This document shows positions 11,312 to 21,952 of a DNA stretch of 64,000 nt, piece after piece; positions within the stretch are counted from its first letter, which is position 1; every line of letters begins with the position of its first letter. Position numbers and translations under genes: made by a program. Origin of the DNA: Bacteroidota bacterium (GTDB taxonomy: Bacteria > Bacteroidota > Bacteroidia > AKYH767-A > OLB10); assembly GCA_016713445.1 (NCBI GenBank), contig JADJPB010000014.1, positions 128,317-192,316 of the forward strand. Direction: 5' to 3'. The notes beneath the pieces were generated by a model. It searched no databases and was not told the DNA's origin. It was given only the letters and a program-made list of their open reading frames with translations.

Positions 11312-11365
11312 AGACCAGCGCGCCTGCCTGCCGGCAGGCAGGTCTACCAATTCCGCCATCCGGGC
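11312..11365 (-). pseudogene. Duplicated 5' half of tRNA-Leu (through U33), interrupted by a 20-nt perfect palindrome
   Basis: Minus strand: GCCCGGATGGCGGAATTGGTAGA[CCTGCCTGCCGGCAGGCAGG]CGCGCTGGTCT, then AGAGTAAGGATGA-ATG (GIY-YIG start). Outside the bracket it matches the first 34 nt of the tRNA at 11014-11047. Confidence 0.85.
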
Positions 11366-11571
11366 AATTTTAATATTAAAATAGAAATCATTGAATTTTA
11401 AGAACTTACGATTCTGCTAGTTGAACCGGCAGGCAAAAATACACCCTTTTTCGACAAGCAGAGCGCAAAAGTATAAAAACTCTTCATTTTTCAACACCTA
11501 TTTGTTAAATTCATTTTGATAAAGCGTTATTTTTTAGTTTCTTTGCAGCCCTTTTAAAAGAAGGAAAACCA

Positions 11572-12503
11572 ATGGCTAGGCAGGTAAAAATATTCTCCGG
11601 AACAACCTCAAAATATCTCGCAGAACAAATCGCAGATTGTTACGGCTCGCCGCTTGGCGATGTGAAAGTGGCGCGCTTTAGCGATGGTGAGTTTTCTCCG
11701 TCTTTTGATGAAAGTGTCCGAGGTTGTGACGTTTTATTATCCAAAGCACCTTTTCGCCAACTGATAATTTATTCGAATTGTTGATGTTGATTGATGCGGC
11801 TAAAGAGCATCAGCACATTACATTACAGCTGTAATTCCTTATTTTGGATATGCTCGCAGTGATCGTAAGGATAAACCAAGGGTCGCTATTGCATCTAAAA
11901 TGGTAGCTAATTTATTGGTGGCTGCAAGGTGTAACTCGTGTGATGACTATGGACCTCCATGCTCCTCAAATTCAAGGCTTTTTTGATGTTCCTGTGGATC
12001 ATATGGATGCTTCAGCCATTTTCGTCCCTTATATTAAGAGTTTGGATCTTCCTAATATGATGATTTGTGCTCCCGATATGGGTGGCGTTCATAGAGCTCG
12101 TACTTATGCTTCTTATTTTAGTGCAGATATGGCTGTAATTGATAAGCATCGTAAACGCGCAAATGAAATCGAAGGAATGCAAGTGATAGGAGATGTATCT
12201 GGTCGTGATTGTATTTTGGTTGATGATATCGTGGATACTGCAGGTACGTTGACCAAAGCCGCAAGTTTGCTGGTAGAAAAAGGCAGCAAGCGTGCGTGCT
12301 TTTGTACCCATCCCGTCTTAAGCGGAAAAGCTTATGAACGTATCGCCGATTCTAACTTGACAGAACTTGTAGTATGTGACACTATCCCGTTGATAAAACC
12401 AGGAAATAAAATTAAACAATTACCAACCGCCGCATTATTCGCAAAAGCCATTCAAAGAGTGTACTCTTACGAGTCTATTAGTTCACTTTTTGTAAAAGCA
12501 TAA
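11572..12503 (+). CDS. prs: Ribose-phosphate pyrophosphokinase (three frame switches between ~11745 and ~11935 as sequenced)
   Basis: [26 protein letters not shown].. plus ..[33 protein letters not shown]... The gap region reads [22 protein letters not shown] / [26 protein letters not shown] / [12 protein letters not shown] in shifting frames, and each shift sits at a short T or A run. Confidence 0.9.
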
Positions 12504-12517
12504 TATAATTATTACAA

Positions 12518-13096
12518 ATGAAAACGATTGAAATTCAAGGATTATTAAGGTCAGATTTGACCAAACAATCACTAAAAGCTCTACGCCTCGATGAGCAGGT
12601 GCCATGTGTTCTTTATGGCGGCGCTGACCCCGTTCACTTCTCAGTTCCTTTGGCTCAGTTCAAAGGATTAGTGTATACACCTAATGTGTATATCGTGAAA
12701 GTGGTTGTCGATGGAAAAGAATACTCTTGTGTAATGCAAGATATTCAATTCCATCCAGTTAATGATATTATCCAGCATGTTGATTTCCTAGAAATTACAG
12801 ACAATAGTCCAGTTATAATTAATGTTCCAATTAAAGTAACAGGTGTTTCTGAAGGTGTTAAGCAAGGTGGAAAGTTGGTGACGAAAGTACGTCGCCTAAA
12901 AGTAAAAGCATTGCCAAAGCAATTACCTGATTATATCGATGTGGATATAACTCCATTGAAAATTGGTGGTAATATTCGTGTCCGTGATCTCAAGGTAAAT
13001 GGTGTTGAATTTTTAGATTCTCCATCAAATGTGGTTATTGCAGTTCGAACTACACGTAATGTAGCTGCTGCTGAACCTGCAGCTGATAAGAAATAA
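12518..13096 (+). CDS. rplY: 50S ribosomal protein L25 / general stress protein Ctc
   Basis: Intact 192-aa ORF between prs and pth, the conserved prs-rplY-pth order. It has an L25/Ctc-like N-terminal domain and an Ala-rich tail. Confidence 0.85.
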   Translation: MKTIEIQGLLRSDLTKQSLKALRLDEQVPCVLYGGADPVHFSVPLAQFKGLVYTPNVYIVKVVVDGKEYSCVMQDIQFHPVNDIIQHVDFLEITDNSPVIINVPIKVTGVSEGVKQGGKLVTKVRRLKVKALPKQLPDYIDVDITPLKIGGNIRVRDLKVNGVEFLDSPSNVVIAVRTTRNVAAAEPAADKK

Positions 13097-13166
13097 TTAA
13101 TCGATAATCGAATATCCGTGAGGAACCTGAATAAGGTTCCTTTCGGTGTTTAATAAAGGTCTTGCA

Positions 13167-13731
13167 TTGAAGTATCTAATTGTCGGATTAGGGAATATTG
13201 GTTTGGATTATGTCCATACCCGTCATAATATTGGTTTTGACGTGGTTGATGCTGTGGCAAGTTCTCTGGGTGCAACTTTCAAAAACGATAAAAAAAGCCT
13301 GGGTAGCAGAAGCCAAGTATAAGGGTAGAGCGCTTTTCTTAGTAAAACCAACCACTTTTATGAACTTGAGTGGAGAAGCTGTAAGGTATTGGCTCACTTC
13401 ATTGAAAATTTCTAAAGAAAATTTGTTAATTGTATCTGATGACCTTGCTTTACCTTTTGGTTCGCTCAGATTAAAGCCTTCTGGAGGTGCTGCAGGCCAT
13501 AATGGATTAACTAGTATTATCGAATGTCTTCAAACTGACCAGTTTGCACGACTTAGATTTGGGATTGGTTCCGATTTCCCCAAAGGTCGCCAATCTGATT
13601 ATGTGTTAGGAAAATGGACCTCTGAAGAGGGAGGGCTTCTTCTCGAAAAGATTAATATGGCGTCAGATATTGTGAAAAGTTTCTCTTCAATCGGTATTCA
13701 GTCGACGATGAACTTATTTAATAATAAGTAA
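13167..13731 (+). CDS. pth: Peptidyl-tRNA hydrolase (one frameshift at the A7 run 13290-13296 as sequenced)
   Basis: The TTG-start frame gives [29 protein letters not shown].., and the ORF 13198-13731 frame continues ..[45 protein letters not shown]... Confidence 0.9.
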
Positions 13732-13776
13732 CGGCAAGGTATTTGTAAAGTTTATAATATCTAAAAACCAGTACTC

Positions 13777-14138
13777 ATGAAAAATATTTTTTACACTTCT
13801 ATGCTCGTAACCTTAGTGTCCCTGACCATGACTCCTGTCCTGGCTCAAAATAGTTTTGGTGATTTAAGAATTTCTCCTTCTCAAAAAGAAACTACAATTT
13901 CTATGTTCCCTTTGCCTACTGATGGTGTTTTGCACATAGCATTTAATAAGACGATAACGGATTCACCCTCTATTTTAGTATATGATATGATTGGAAATTT
14001 AGTAGAGCATGTAAATGTGGATCGTGAAAACGCATCTTCGTTTACAATTAACCTCACCGGAAAGAAAGCAGGTTTTATTTTGTAAAAGTTCAAACGGATA
14101 CAGAAACCTTTTCGCGCCGAATTACAGTAAAGCAATAA
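13777..14138 (+). CDS. Small secreted protein with T9SS C-terminal sorting domain (frameshift in a T run near 14073-14081)
   Basis: It has a signal peptide (MKNIFYTSMLVTLVSLTMTPVLAQ). After correction the C-terminus reads ..LTGKKAGFYFVKVQTDTETFSRRITVKQ*, a typical T9SS CTD ending. Confidence 0.65.
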
Positions 14139-14151
14139 AAAAATATAATTT

Positions 14152-14189
14152 AAAAAAAAAGCTGCTTCCATGGAAGCAGCTTTTTTTTT
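14152..14189. terminator. Bidirectional intrinsic terminator between convergent genes
   Basis: A9 run, then the perfect 20-nt palindrome gctgcttccatggaagcagc (14161-14180), then a T9 run. Confidence 0.85.
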
Positions 14190-14228
14190 AATAGAAAACT
14201 TAAGGAAAGTTATCTATTAATGGGGTTA

Positions 14229-15414
14229 CTATTGTTTAATTAATTTCTTAGTAGCAATTCCTTCATTGCTGATAAATCGAATAAAGTAAACTCCTTTCGC
14301 TAAAGACTTGGTATCAATTGTAGCATTTACTAAATTGTTCTTTTGCTCTTTGTATACTACCTGACCCACCATGTTAACAATTTCTACATTGATGTTTTGT
14401 GCGATAGAACTATTTTGTACTGTGATTAAATCAGTAAATGGATTAGGATATACAGAGAAATCTTTCGCATTGATTTCATTGATTCCTGTAGAAAGTGCGT
14501 TAACAGTAAATGAAAATGCTCCAATAGCTCCACTGAATCCATCAATCATAATATAATAATTGACTCCACCTGTTAAAGATGCAGTATCAGCCCAAGGTGT
14601 GCCTGGAATTGCTCCTTCTAAACAGTCAACATAAACTAATGGATCAACACAGGTAGGAGCATTAAATAATCCTAACCAAAGGCTAGATCCCCCAGAAAGA
14701 GGAGCATCAGATGCGAATTCATAATCACCAGAAACTGCTGGAGTAAATGAATACCATAAAGTATTGTTCGGAAGGCTACATGCAAAACCTGAACCTACTA
14801 CATCTGCATCACGCTCATCAGTAGCACTCGCATAAGTTGTATTTTCAGAATACATAGTACCTACAGTGACTGGAATTGCGTTACATATTGAATCATTGGC
14901 AGGTGCAGGGAAAGGAGTGCAATTAGTGATGGATGAAGCATTGTTTAACTTGATGGCCGACGATCCAATAGCTACACTTCCTAGGTTTAAACAGTTATTG
15001 TCCGCATCATATACGATGAAGTATTTACCGCTGTAAGGCGCGATAAAATTTAAACTGTTAGGACATGCCGCTGCAACATAGGCTCCAGCAATGATGTTTC
15101 CTTGTCCGCCTGTTCCACCTGTTGAATCAACAATGGTTAATGATGCAGGACTTGCTGTACAACTATCTGTATAAATTGTGATGTCAGAACCAGCAATTAA
15201 ATTTACAAAATAACCGTCCCCATCATAATATTGCCATCCCGCTCTAGTAAATAATGTGTCATGACCTATACACATAAATCCAGTATAAGGCGTAGCAGGG
15301 GCAGAAGGCTCAGCCCAAGCGGAAGGAACATAAGTGGCTTGTGGAGTACATTGACTGTAAGCCTCCATTCCAATGAATAATGTAATTAAAGCAATAAGGG
15401 TAAATTTTTTTCAT
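14229..15414 (-). CDS. Secreted protein with T9SS C-terminal sorting domain (start lost by a 1-nt indel in an A7 run as sequenced)
   Basis: The C-terminus ..FSVYPNPFTDLITVQ...GVYFIRFISNEGIATKKLIKQ is T9SS CTD-like. Upstream, ATG at 15414 plus A7 gives MKKFTLIALITLFIGMEAYSQ if read as A6. Confidence 0.7.
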
Positions 15415-15875
15415 GCTATTTCAGTGTTTTTTGATTTGAATGGCGAAGTTAAGCATATCAGTCGTTTTTTAGCCATTATAAATGTAAAAAATGTGATAGG
15501 TAGATGTTCAATATGGCAAATTCTAAAGATTCAAATCGTTTTATTTTCCAGTTGAGGAATTTACAAGTTTAGTATTCAATTTGCTAATGTGAATTTGACA
15601 GCTTTGCAGATGCCGCATTCACTTAATTTTTTAGGGTCCTGATGGTTGGTCCTTAAAGCAGTAATTGATATTGTTGTTAAACGAAAGCTAGTGTTGGTTA
15701 ACCACATACGTAAAGATTAATCGATTACTTAACGGACCTCTCATCCCGGCAAAAGTTTCGAAATGCAATTTTCATATCAAAAGACAATTGTAGTATGCAC
15801 CTAGCTTCTTACCAGTTTTATAGGTTGCATTGCTTCAACTAAAAAAATCCTTTGCAGAATTAACGAAAGTTGAAT

Positions 15876-17627
15876 TTAATCCGAATGGGTTGTGTTTATT
15901 CCAAGTTCTTTCAATTGATCTGCATGAATAGTTGATGGCGCATCAATCATCACATCTCTTCCCGAGTTGTTTTTTGGGAAAGCAATGAAATCACGAATGC
16001 TCTCTGAACCTCCAAAAAGAGAACAAAGTCGGTCGAAGCCAAATGCAATTCCTCCATGTGGAGGTGCTCCGTATTCAAAGGCAGTCATTAAAAAACCGAA
16101 TTGCGCTTGCGCCTCTTCATCTGTAAATCCTAGAATGCTAAACATTTTTTCTGCAATTCTTTGTTGAAGATGCGAATACTCCCCACCACCCACTTCAACT
16201 CCATTAATAACCATGTCGTAAGCGTTGGCACGGATCATTCCAGGATCCGTATCTAATAATGAAATATCTTCCATCAAAGGAGAAGTAAAAGGATGATGCA
16301 TCGCAAAGAAACGAGATGCATCTTCACTGTATTCTAACAATGGAAAATCCACGACCCATAAACATTGATATTTATCTTTATTGCGCAATCCTAATCGAGT
16401 TCCCATCTCTAAACGTAACTCATTTAATGCTTTTCGGGTTTTGTTGGGTTCTCCTGCCATGATCATTAATAAGTCGCCCGGTTCAGCATTGAACACATCT
16501 GCCCATTTATTTAATTCTTCCGTGGAATAAAATTTATCAACTGTCGACTTAATACTTCCATCAGCTCCTATTTTCGCATATACAATGCCGTTAGCTCCCA
16601 CTTGGGGGCGCTTTACAAATTCAATCAATTCATCCGTTTGCTTTCTGGAATATTCCGCACATCCCTTCGCACAAATTCCAACTACTAATTCGGCATCGTC
16701 AAATACTTTGAATCCTTTTCCTTTTACCACTTCATTCAATTCGCAAAAACGCATTTCAAATCGTGTATCAGGTTTGTCGCATCCATAGTATTTCATTGCA
16801 TCAGCATAGGTCATTCGTGGTAATTCACCGATGTCGATCCCTTTTACGGTTTTGAAAAGATGACGAACCAGTCCTTCAAAAGTTTGTAGAATGTCTTCTC
16901 TTTCTATAAAACTCATCTCGCAGTCAATCTGTGTAAATTCGGGTTGACGATCCGCTCTTAAATCCTCGTCGCGGAAACATTTAACGATCTGATAATAACG
17001 ATCAAATCCAGCTACCATCAACAGTTGCTTAAAAGTTTGTGGGGACTGAGGTAAGGCATAAAATTGCCCCTGATTCATCCTTGATGGAACTACAAAATCG
17101 CGAGCACCTTCAGGGGTAGATTTAATAAGAACGGGTGTCTCGACCTCTAAAAATAATTGCTTGTCGAGATAATTTCGAGTTTCAATCGCCATGCGGTGGC
17201 GCAATTCTAAGTTCGCACGAACACTACTTCGTCTAAGGTCGAGGTAGCGGTATTTCATACGGATATCATCTCCGCCATCGGTGTTTTCTTCAATGGTGAA
17301 TGGTGGCGTGATGGCCGCATTGAGCACTTCAAGTTTTGTAACGATGATCTCAATTTCTCCAGTTGGCATTTTGAGGTTTTTACTCTCCCGCTCTTTTACT
17401 GTTCCATGAACTTTGATGACATATTCGCGACTAACCTCTCGGGCTGCTTCACACATGGGCGCATTGCTTTCCATATTAAATGCAAGTTGAGTAAGTCCGT
17501 AGCGATCTCGTAAGTCTATGAAAGTCATGCCGCCTAGGTCTCTGGAACGTTGCACCCATCCACATAAAATTACTTCTTTTCCAATGTCGCTATTTCGCAG
17601 TTCCCCGCAAGTATGTGATCTAAACAT
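15876..17627 (-). CDS. aspS: Aspartate--tRNA ligase
   Basis: 583-aa ORF with [11 protein letters not shown].., [10 protein letters not shown] and a class II AspRS C-terminus (..[14 protein letters not shown]). It contains a short compensated out-of-frame stretch at 16151-16184. Confidence 0.95.
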   Translation of the reverse strand: MFRSHTCGELRNSDIGKEVILCGWVQRSRDLGGMTFIDLRDRYGLTQLAFNMESNAPMCEAAREVSREYVIKVHGTVKERESKNLKMPTGEIEIIVTKLEVLNAAITPPFTIEENTDGGDDIRMKYRYLDLRRSSVRANLELRHRMAIETRNYLDKQLFLEVETPVLIKSTPEGARDFVVPSRMNQGQFYALPQSPQTFKQLLMVAGFDRYYQIVKCFRDEDLRADRQPEFTQIDCEMSFIEREDILQTFEGLVRHLFKTVKGIDIGELPRMTYADAMKYYGCDKPDTRFEMRFCELNEVVKGKGFKVFDDAELVVGICAKGCAEYSRKQTDELIEFVKRPQVGANGIVYAKIGADGSIKSTVDKFYSTEELNKWADVFNAEPGDLLMIMAGEPNKTRKALNELRLEMGTRLGLRNKDKYQCLWVVDFPLLEYSEDASRFFAMHHPFTSPLMEDISLLDTDPGMIRANAYDMVINGVEVGGGEYSHLQQRIAEKMFSILGFTDEEAQAQFGFLMTAFEYGAPPHGGIAFGFDRLCSLFGGSESIRDFIAFPKNNSGRDVMIDAPSTIHADQLKELGINTTHSD

Positions 17628-17767
17628 GTTTATTGATTATAAGGCTACGAATTTAGTAGGAATATCGCTATTCAAAGGGGAAAATATGAATTCTTTACTT
17701 GGTATTTATGATCTTTGGCAAAACAATAATTAACTGTAGCTTGAGTTATTATACCTCTGAGATTATT

Positions 17768-20083
17768 ATGAATCGAATACTTGCTCTATTACTTGTGTTG
17801 TCCTTTTCCATTCACGATACGTTAAATGCCCAGTCATTGTCCATCGGGTCTTGGCGCGAACATCTTCCATATTTACAAGGAAAAGTAGTGGCGAGTGCAG
17901 GTTCTCGTATTTTTTGTGCCACAGATGATGGACTCTTCTCTTTTGAGAAAAATGATAATAGCATCAATCGATTTTCGAAATTGAATGGATTGAATGACTT
18001 TGGGATGAGTTCGGTGGTGTATTCGGATGCTTATCAGATGCTCATCATTGCTTATAACAATACCAATATCGATTTATTAAGTGACAATAATCAAGTGTTA
18101 AATCTTAGTGACATAAAGAGAAAAAATATTCCGGGAAGTAAACAAATTAATCATTTAAGTGTGGAAGGTCGTTATGTTTATTTTTCATGTGGATTCGGAA
18201 TCGTGGTGTTGGATTTGCTTCGAAAGGAAATTAAGGAAACTTATTTTATTTCGAGTGCAAGCGTGCATCCTGAAGTGATGGACGTAGCCATTAATGGAAA
18301 TGATATTTATGCTGTAACAGATGATGGTGTTTATCAAGCACAGCTGAATAATCCCTTCATTGCAAATTATACAGCTTGGACAAAAATTTTAAGTGATACT
18401 GGGAATGTGGGTGTGTTTAATCGTGCAGTGTATTTTAATAATAAATTGATCGTAAATTATTCACGGACCAATTCAGATACAATGATGGCCTGGAATGGAT
18501 CCTGGGGCAATTCTTTACCCGCAGAAATGATTACATCTACACTTAAACGTAGTCTTCGTACCGAAAACGGTAAATTGTACATGACTATTTCATCCGGCTT
18601 ATTGGTCTTTGATCAAAATCTCAATGTTATTCGTAATGTAGATGGTAGTGTAGTGCCAAATCCTGATTTTAATGACGGTGTAGAGGATAATAATGGTGTT
18701 GCCTGGATTGGAGATAAAACGCGAGGGTTGATAAAAGTAAATGCTTTGTCGTATGATGTTGTTTTACCAAAAGGACCTAACAATTCTCGTTGTGCTGCAA
18801 TGCAAGTGGTTGATGATAAATTATGGGTTGTACATGGTCCAAGGACAAAGGCTTGGCTAAATGCTTATCAATACGACGGGTTTTCCGAATATGAAAATGG
18901 TACTTGGATTACCTATGATGGAAAATCTGCAGCAACGCCTTTTTTTCCTCAGTATAATTTTTTTGATGCAGTGTCACTTGCTGTCGATCCTTCCAATAAA
19001 AATCATTTGTACATTAGTTCTGGTGGATCGGGTTTAATTGAATTTAAAGATGGTCAAGTCCTAAATAGATATGACACGTCTAATTCTACAATAACAGCAC
19101 AAATTGGAAATACGACCCAATTCAAAGTGCATGGCATAGCACTCGACCAAAATCACAATTTATGGATTTCTAATGCCGGAGTGAAAAATGTTTTGAGTGT
19201 TTTAAAGACGGACGGAACCTGGAAGACTTTTAATTTTCCTGGAAAAATAAATGCACAAGCGAAAACAGGAGATTTGATTGTCGATAATAATGGATACATA
19301 TGGACCACCATTTTTGAAAACGTGGGCGGGAATGATGGAATTCTAGTGTTTAATCCGAACTATACAATAGATAATACCTTAGATGATAAATACGACGTGG
19401 TCGATTTTGCATCAAATAGAATTCGAGCCTTAGCTTTGGATAAGGAAGGTACCGTTTGGGTAGGTACAGAAACGGGAATTTATTTATTCTATCCACCGTC
19501 TCTTTCACCACAACAGATTTTGATTCGTCAAGATAATACTTATCAATATTTGTTAGCAGCGGAAGTAGTAACAGCAATTGCAGTTGATGGTGCCAACAGA
19601 AAATGGGTAGGAACAGAAACGGGTGGAGTATATCTGTTTTCTCCTGATGGACAAAGTCAAGTGAATCATTTTACAATTGAAAATAGTCCACTGTTTTCAA
19701 ATAATATTAATTCTATTGCCATCAATGGTAAATCAGGCGAAGTGTATATTGGGACAGATAAAGGATTGATGAGTTATCAAAGTGATGCGATTGAACCCAA
19801 TGAGGATGTAAAGGGTTGTGATGACATTGTTGTTTATCCAAACCCTGTAAGAAATGACTACGACGGACCCATAGCTATAAAAGGATTGGTGCCAAATGGA
19901 GTGGTGAAAATTACCGATGTAAGTGGAGGACTCGTCTTTCAAACTACCTCTCTAGGTACACAAGCTATTTGGAATGGCCGAAATTTAAAAGGAGAAAAGG
20001 TTGCCACAGGTGTTTATCTTGTTTTTTCTTCAGATGACACTAGCGAAAATAAATGCGTCACTAAGTTGATGTATTTTAAATAA
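17768..20083 (+). CDS. Beta-propeller protein with T9SS C-terminal domain, PorZ-like
   Basis: It has a signal peptide (MNRILALLLVLSFSIHDTLNA), repeated propeller-like blocks (..VWVGTETGIYLF.., ..KWVGTETGGVYLF.., ..EVYIGTDKGLMSY..), and the CTD ..VVYPNPVRNDYDGPIAIKGL...GVYLVFSSDD...KLMYFK. Confidence 0.55.
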   Translation: MNRILALLLVLSFSIHDTLNAQSLSIGSWREHLPYLQGKVVASAGSRIFCATDDGLFSFEKNDNSINRFSKLNGLNDFGMSSVVYSDAYQMLIIAYNNTNIDLLSDNNQVLNLSDIKRKNIPGSKQINHLSVEGRYVYFSCGFGIVVLDLLRKEIKETYFISSASVHPEVMDVAINGNDIYAVTDDGVYQAQLNNPFIANYTAWTKILSDTGNVGVFNRAVYFNNKLIVNYSRTNSDTMMAWNGSWGNSLPAEMITSTLKRSLRTENGKLYMTISSGLLVFDQNLNVIRNVDGSVVPNPDFNDGVEDNNGVAWIGDKTRGLIKVNALSYDVVLPKGPNNSRCAAMQVVDDKLWVVHGPRTKAWLNAYQYDGFSEYENGTWITYDGKSAATPFFPQYNFFDAVSLAVDPSNKNHLYISSGGSGLIEFKDGQVLNRYDTSNSTITAQIGNTTQFKVHGIALDQNHNLWISNAGVKNVLSVLKTDGTWKTFNFPGKINAQAKTGDLIVDNNGYIWTTIFENVGGNDGILVFNPNYTIDNTLDDKYDVVDFASNRIRALALDKEGTVWVGTETGIYLFYPPSLSPQQILIRQDNTYQYLLAAEVVTAIAVDGANRKWVGTETGGVYLFSPDGQSQVNHFTIENSPLFSNNINSIAINGKSGEVYIGTDKGLMSYQSDAIEPNEDVKGCDDIVVYPNPVRNDYDGPIAIKGLVPNGVVKITDVSGGLVFQTTSLGTQAIWNGRNLKGEKVATGVYLVFSSDDTSENKCVTKLMYFK

Positions 20084-20112
20084 ATAAAATGAAGTTTCGG
20101 TATTTCTGAGAC

Positions 20113-20147
20113 AAAAAAAAGGCATTCCTCCTTTGAGAAAATGCCTT
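20113..20147 (-). terminator. Intrinsic terminator for the small minus-strand gene
   Basis: On the minus strand AGGCATT...AATGCCT forms a hairpin followed by T8 (plus-strand A run 20113-20120). Confidence 0.6.
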
Positions 20148-20166
20148 TGTAATGACTTTAATTAAT

Positions 20167-20349
20167 TTATCCTTTCTTAGCCATGAAGTTGTCACCGCCA
20201 CGTTTTACTTTTGCATCGTACCAAAGCCAATAAATAACTCCTATGGTAATGGTTAATCCAAAAAACCAATTAGCTAATGCGCCAAAACTTGGAAGTATAG
20301 GGAAGATGGATTCTGCAGCAGTTGCAATTCCTTTAAAGATAGCAGTCAT
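20167..20349 (-). CDS. Small (60 aa) two-TM membrane protein
   Basis: Intact hydrophobic ORF with its own terminator, divergent from the next membrane protein. Confidence 0.5.
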   Translation of the reverse strand: MTAIFKGIATAAESIFPILPSFGALANWFFGLTITIGVIYWLWYDAKVKRGGDNFMAKKG

Positions 20350-20404
20350 TTTTTCGTTTAATTTGTTGCAAATTTATAGAAAATTATCACTGAATAAAAT
20401 TTAA

Positions 20405-21307
20405 ATGCTAATACAAAGCTTTCGCACCACACAAATTTTCCCATTAGTGATACTGATCATTTTATCAGCTGCTATGTGGTTTGTTTCAAAATCAGGTACT
20501 TATGGAATAGTTGGTGAAACAGGTATGCCTCTTTATGACCTGGTTGTTAGAACTTTAGCTTTTTTGCCGGTTGGACTTACTACGATTGTTGCGTTTCTTT
20601 TATTTACAAGTCAAGCCATTCATATTAATCACGTTGTGAATAAACACGAAGTGCTCTATAAACAATCTTGGCTTCCGGCCTTGATGTATTTAATTGTCGC
20701 TGGCTTGTTTCCTCCTTTTTTATCAATTCATCCAATCTTGTTTGTAAATAGTCTACTCATTTTTGTATTTGACAAACTTTTCTCACTTTATAAAAACCAA
20801 TCACCGTTGGCCCTGTCGTTTGATGGTGCATTTTTGTTGTCAATGACAGCGTTGTTTTATCTGCCTGCTGTTTTTTTATTCGTCTTTTATATTCTTTGTA
20901 TTTTGATCCTGCGCCCTTTTTCATGGCGTTTGTGGATCGTTAGTTTTATGGGATTGTTTCTTCCTTTCTTTTTTGCTTTTTTCTTTTATTTCTGGAATGA
21001 TGAACTAATGTCATTTTACGAATATGTGTTTGTGTCAGGAATTAATAGGAAGATTGATTTATCACATATATTTAATGTAAAGTATGTATTAAGTGTAGTA
21101 ATCGTTGGAGGATTGTTTGTGCTTTCTTTGCTAAAACTTCAAACAAATTATTTTAAAAATGTGACGAAGTCAAGATTGATACAACAACTGCTCGTCCTAC
21201 TAATTCCCATCGGCATTTTGTCAGTGCTTTTTTCAAGAGATGAGTCTTTGTACCGTTATAGTATTATTGCGCTTCCCGTTTCTATATACCTCGCCTATTA
21301 TTTTTGA
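20405..21307 (+). CDS. Polytopic membrane protein of unknown function
   Basis: Intact 300-aa ORF with 8 or more hydrophobic segments. Confidence 0.6.
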   Translation: MLIQSFRTTQIFPLVILIILSAAMWFVSKSGTYGIVGETGMPLYDLVVRTLAFLPVGLTTIVAFLLFTSQAIHINHVVNKHEVLYKQSWLPALMYLIVAGLFPPFLSIHPILFVNSLLIFVFDKLFSLYKNQSPLALSFDGAFLLSMTALFYLPAVFLFVFYILCILILRPFSWRLWIVSFMGLFLPFFFAFFFYFWNDELMSFYEYVFVSGINRKIDLSHIFNVKYVLSVVIVGGLFVLSLLKLQTNYFKNVTKSRLIQQLLVLLIPIGILSVLFSRDESLYRYSIIALPVSIYLAYYF

Positions 21308-21401
21308 GTGGCAAAAGAAATGGGTGATGGAAGTGATGTTTTTGCTTTTATGTGCTAGCTGGATTTACAATTATTTTGTAATCTAAAAACAGTATAGTGA
21401 T

Positions 21402-21896
21402 CTAAGCCTCATAAGCTATTAAAAAGGCTTTATGCTCATCTGGACTTATTACGATAGGAAGTTTGTTTTTCCTTTCAATAAGGATAAAATTATTTCTTCT
21501 GCTACAAAACCAAATCATGGATCCAATGTGTTTGGTATAATACCGACCAGTATATCCGAAAAGTCCACCATTGCCAAAAGTTCGAACGGGCCAAGCCATA
21601 TCGTGCTTAGAGGGAATTCGAAGCGCTTTGATATCATCTTTTAAAATGATTTTATCGCCAAGCATTCGCGATATTCTAATGTTTCCATTTTCAATGCTGT
21701 ATTTTAATGGACGATAAAAGTAAAACACGACGCAGAGAAGTAGAAGTAAAAGGCTACTAAAAAGCAAGGCAAAATGTATGCGTTGGTCAATAATGAATTC
21801 GCCAAAATAAAAGATGATTACTCCAGCAAGAGCAAAAGCAATTACTACGGAGGTGATAATAATTGAAAATTTATCTCTGCTGAGTGTAAATTCCAT
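21402..21896 (-). CDS. Membrane protein with C-terminal bacterial PH-like domain
   Basis: Two N-terminal TM helices are followed by ..IENGNIRISRMLGDKIILKDDIKALR..FGNGGLFGYTGRYY... Confidence 0.45.
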   Translation of the reverse strand: MEFTLSRDKFSIIITSVVIAFALAGVIIFYFGEFIIDQRIHFALLFSSLLLLLLCVVFYFYRPLKYSIENGNIRISRMLGDKIILKDDIKALRIPSKHDMAWPVRTFGNGGLFGYTGRYYTKHIGSMIWFCSRRNNFILIERKNKLPIVISPDEHKAFLIAYEA

Positions 21897-21952
21897 AAAT
21901 TATTTATTAGTTTTTAGCGCCGTTATAAATCTTTAGTAACATTTCATTGGTT

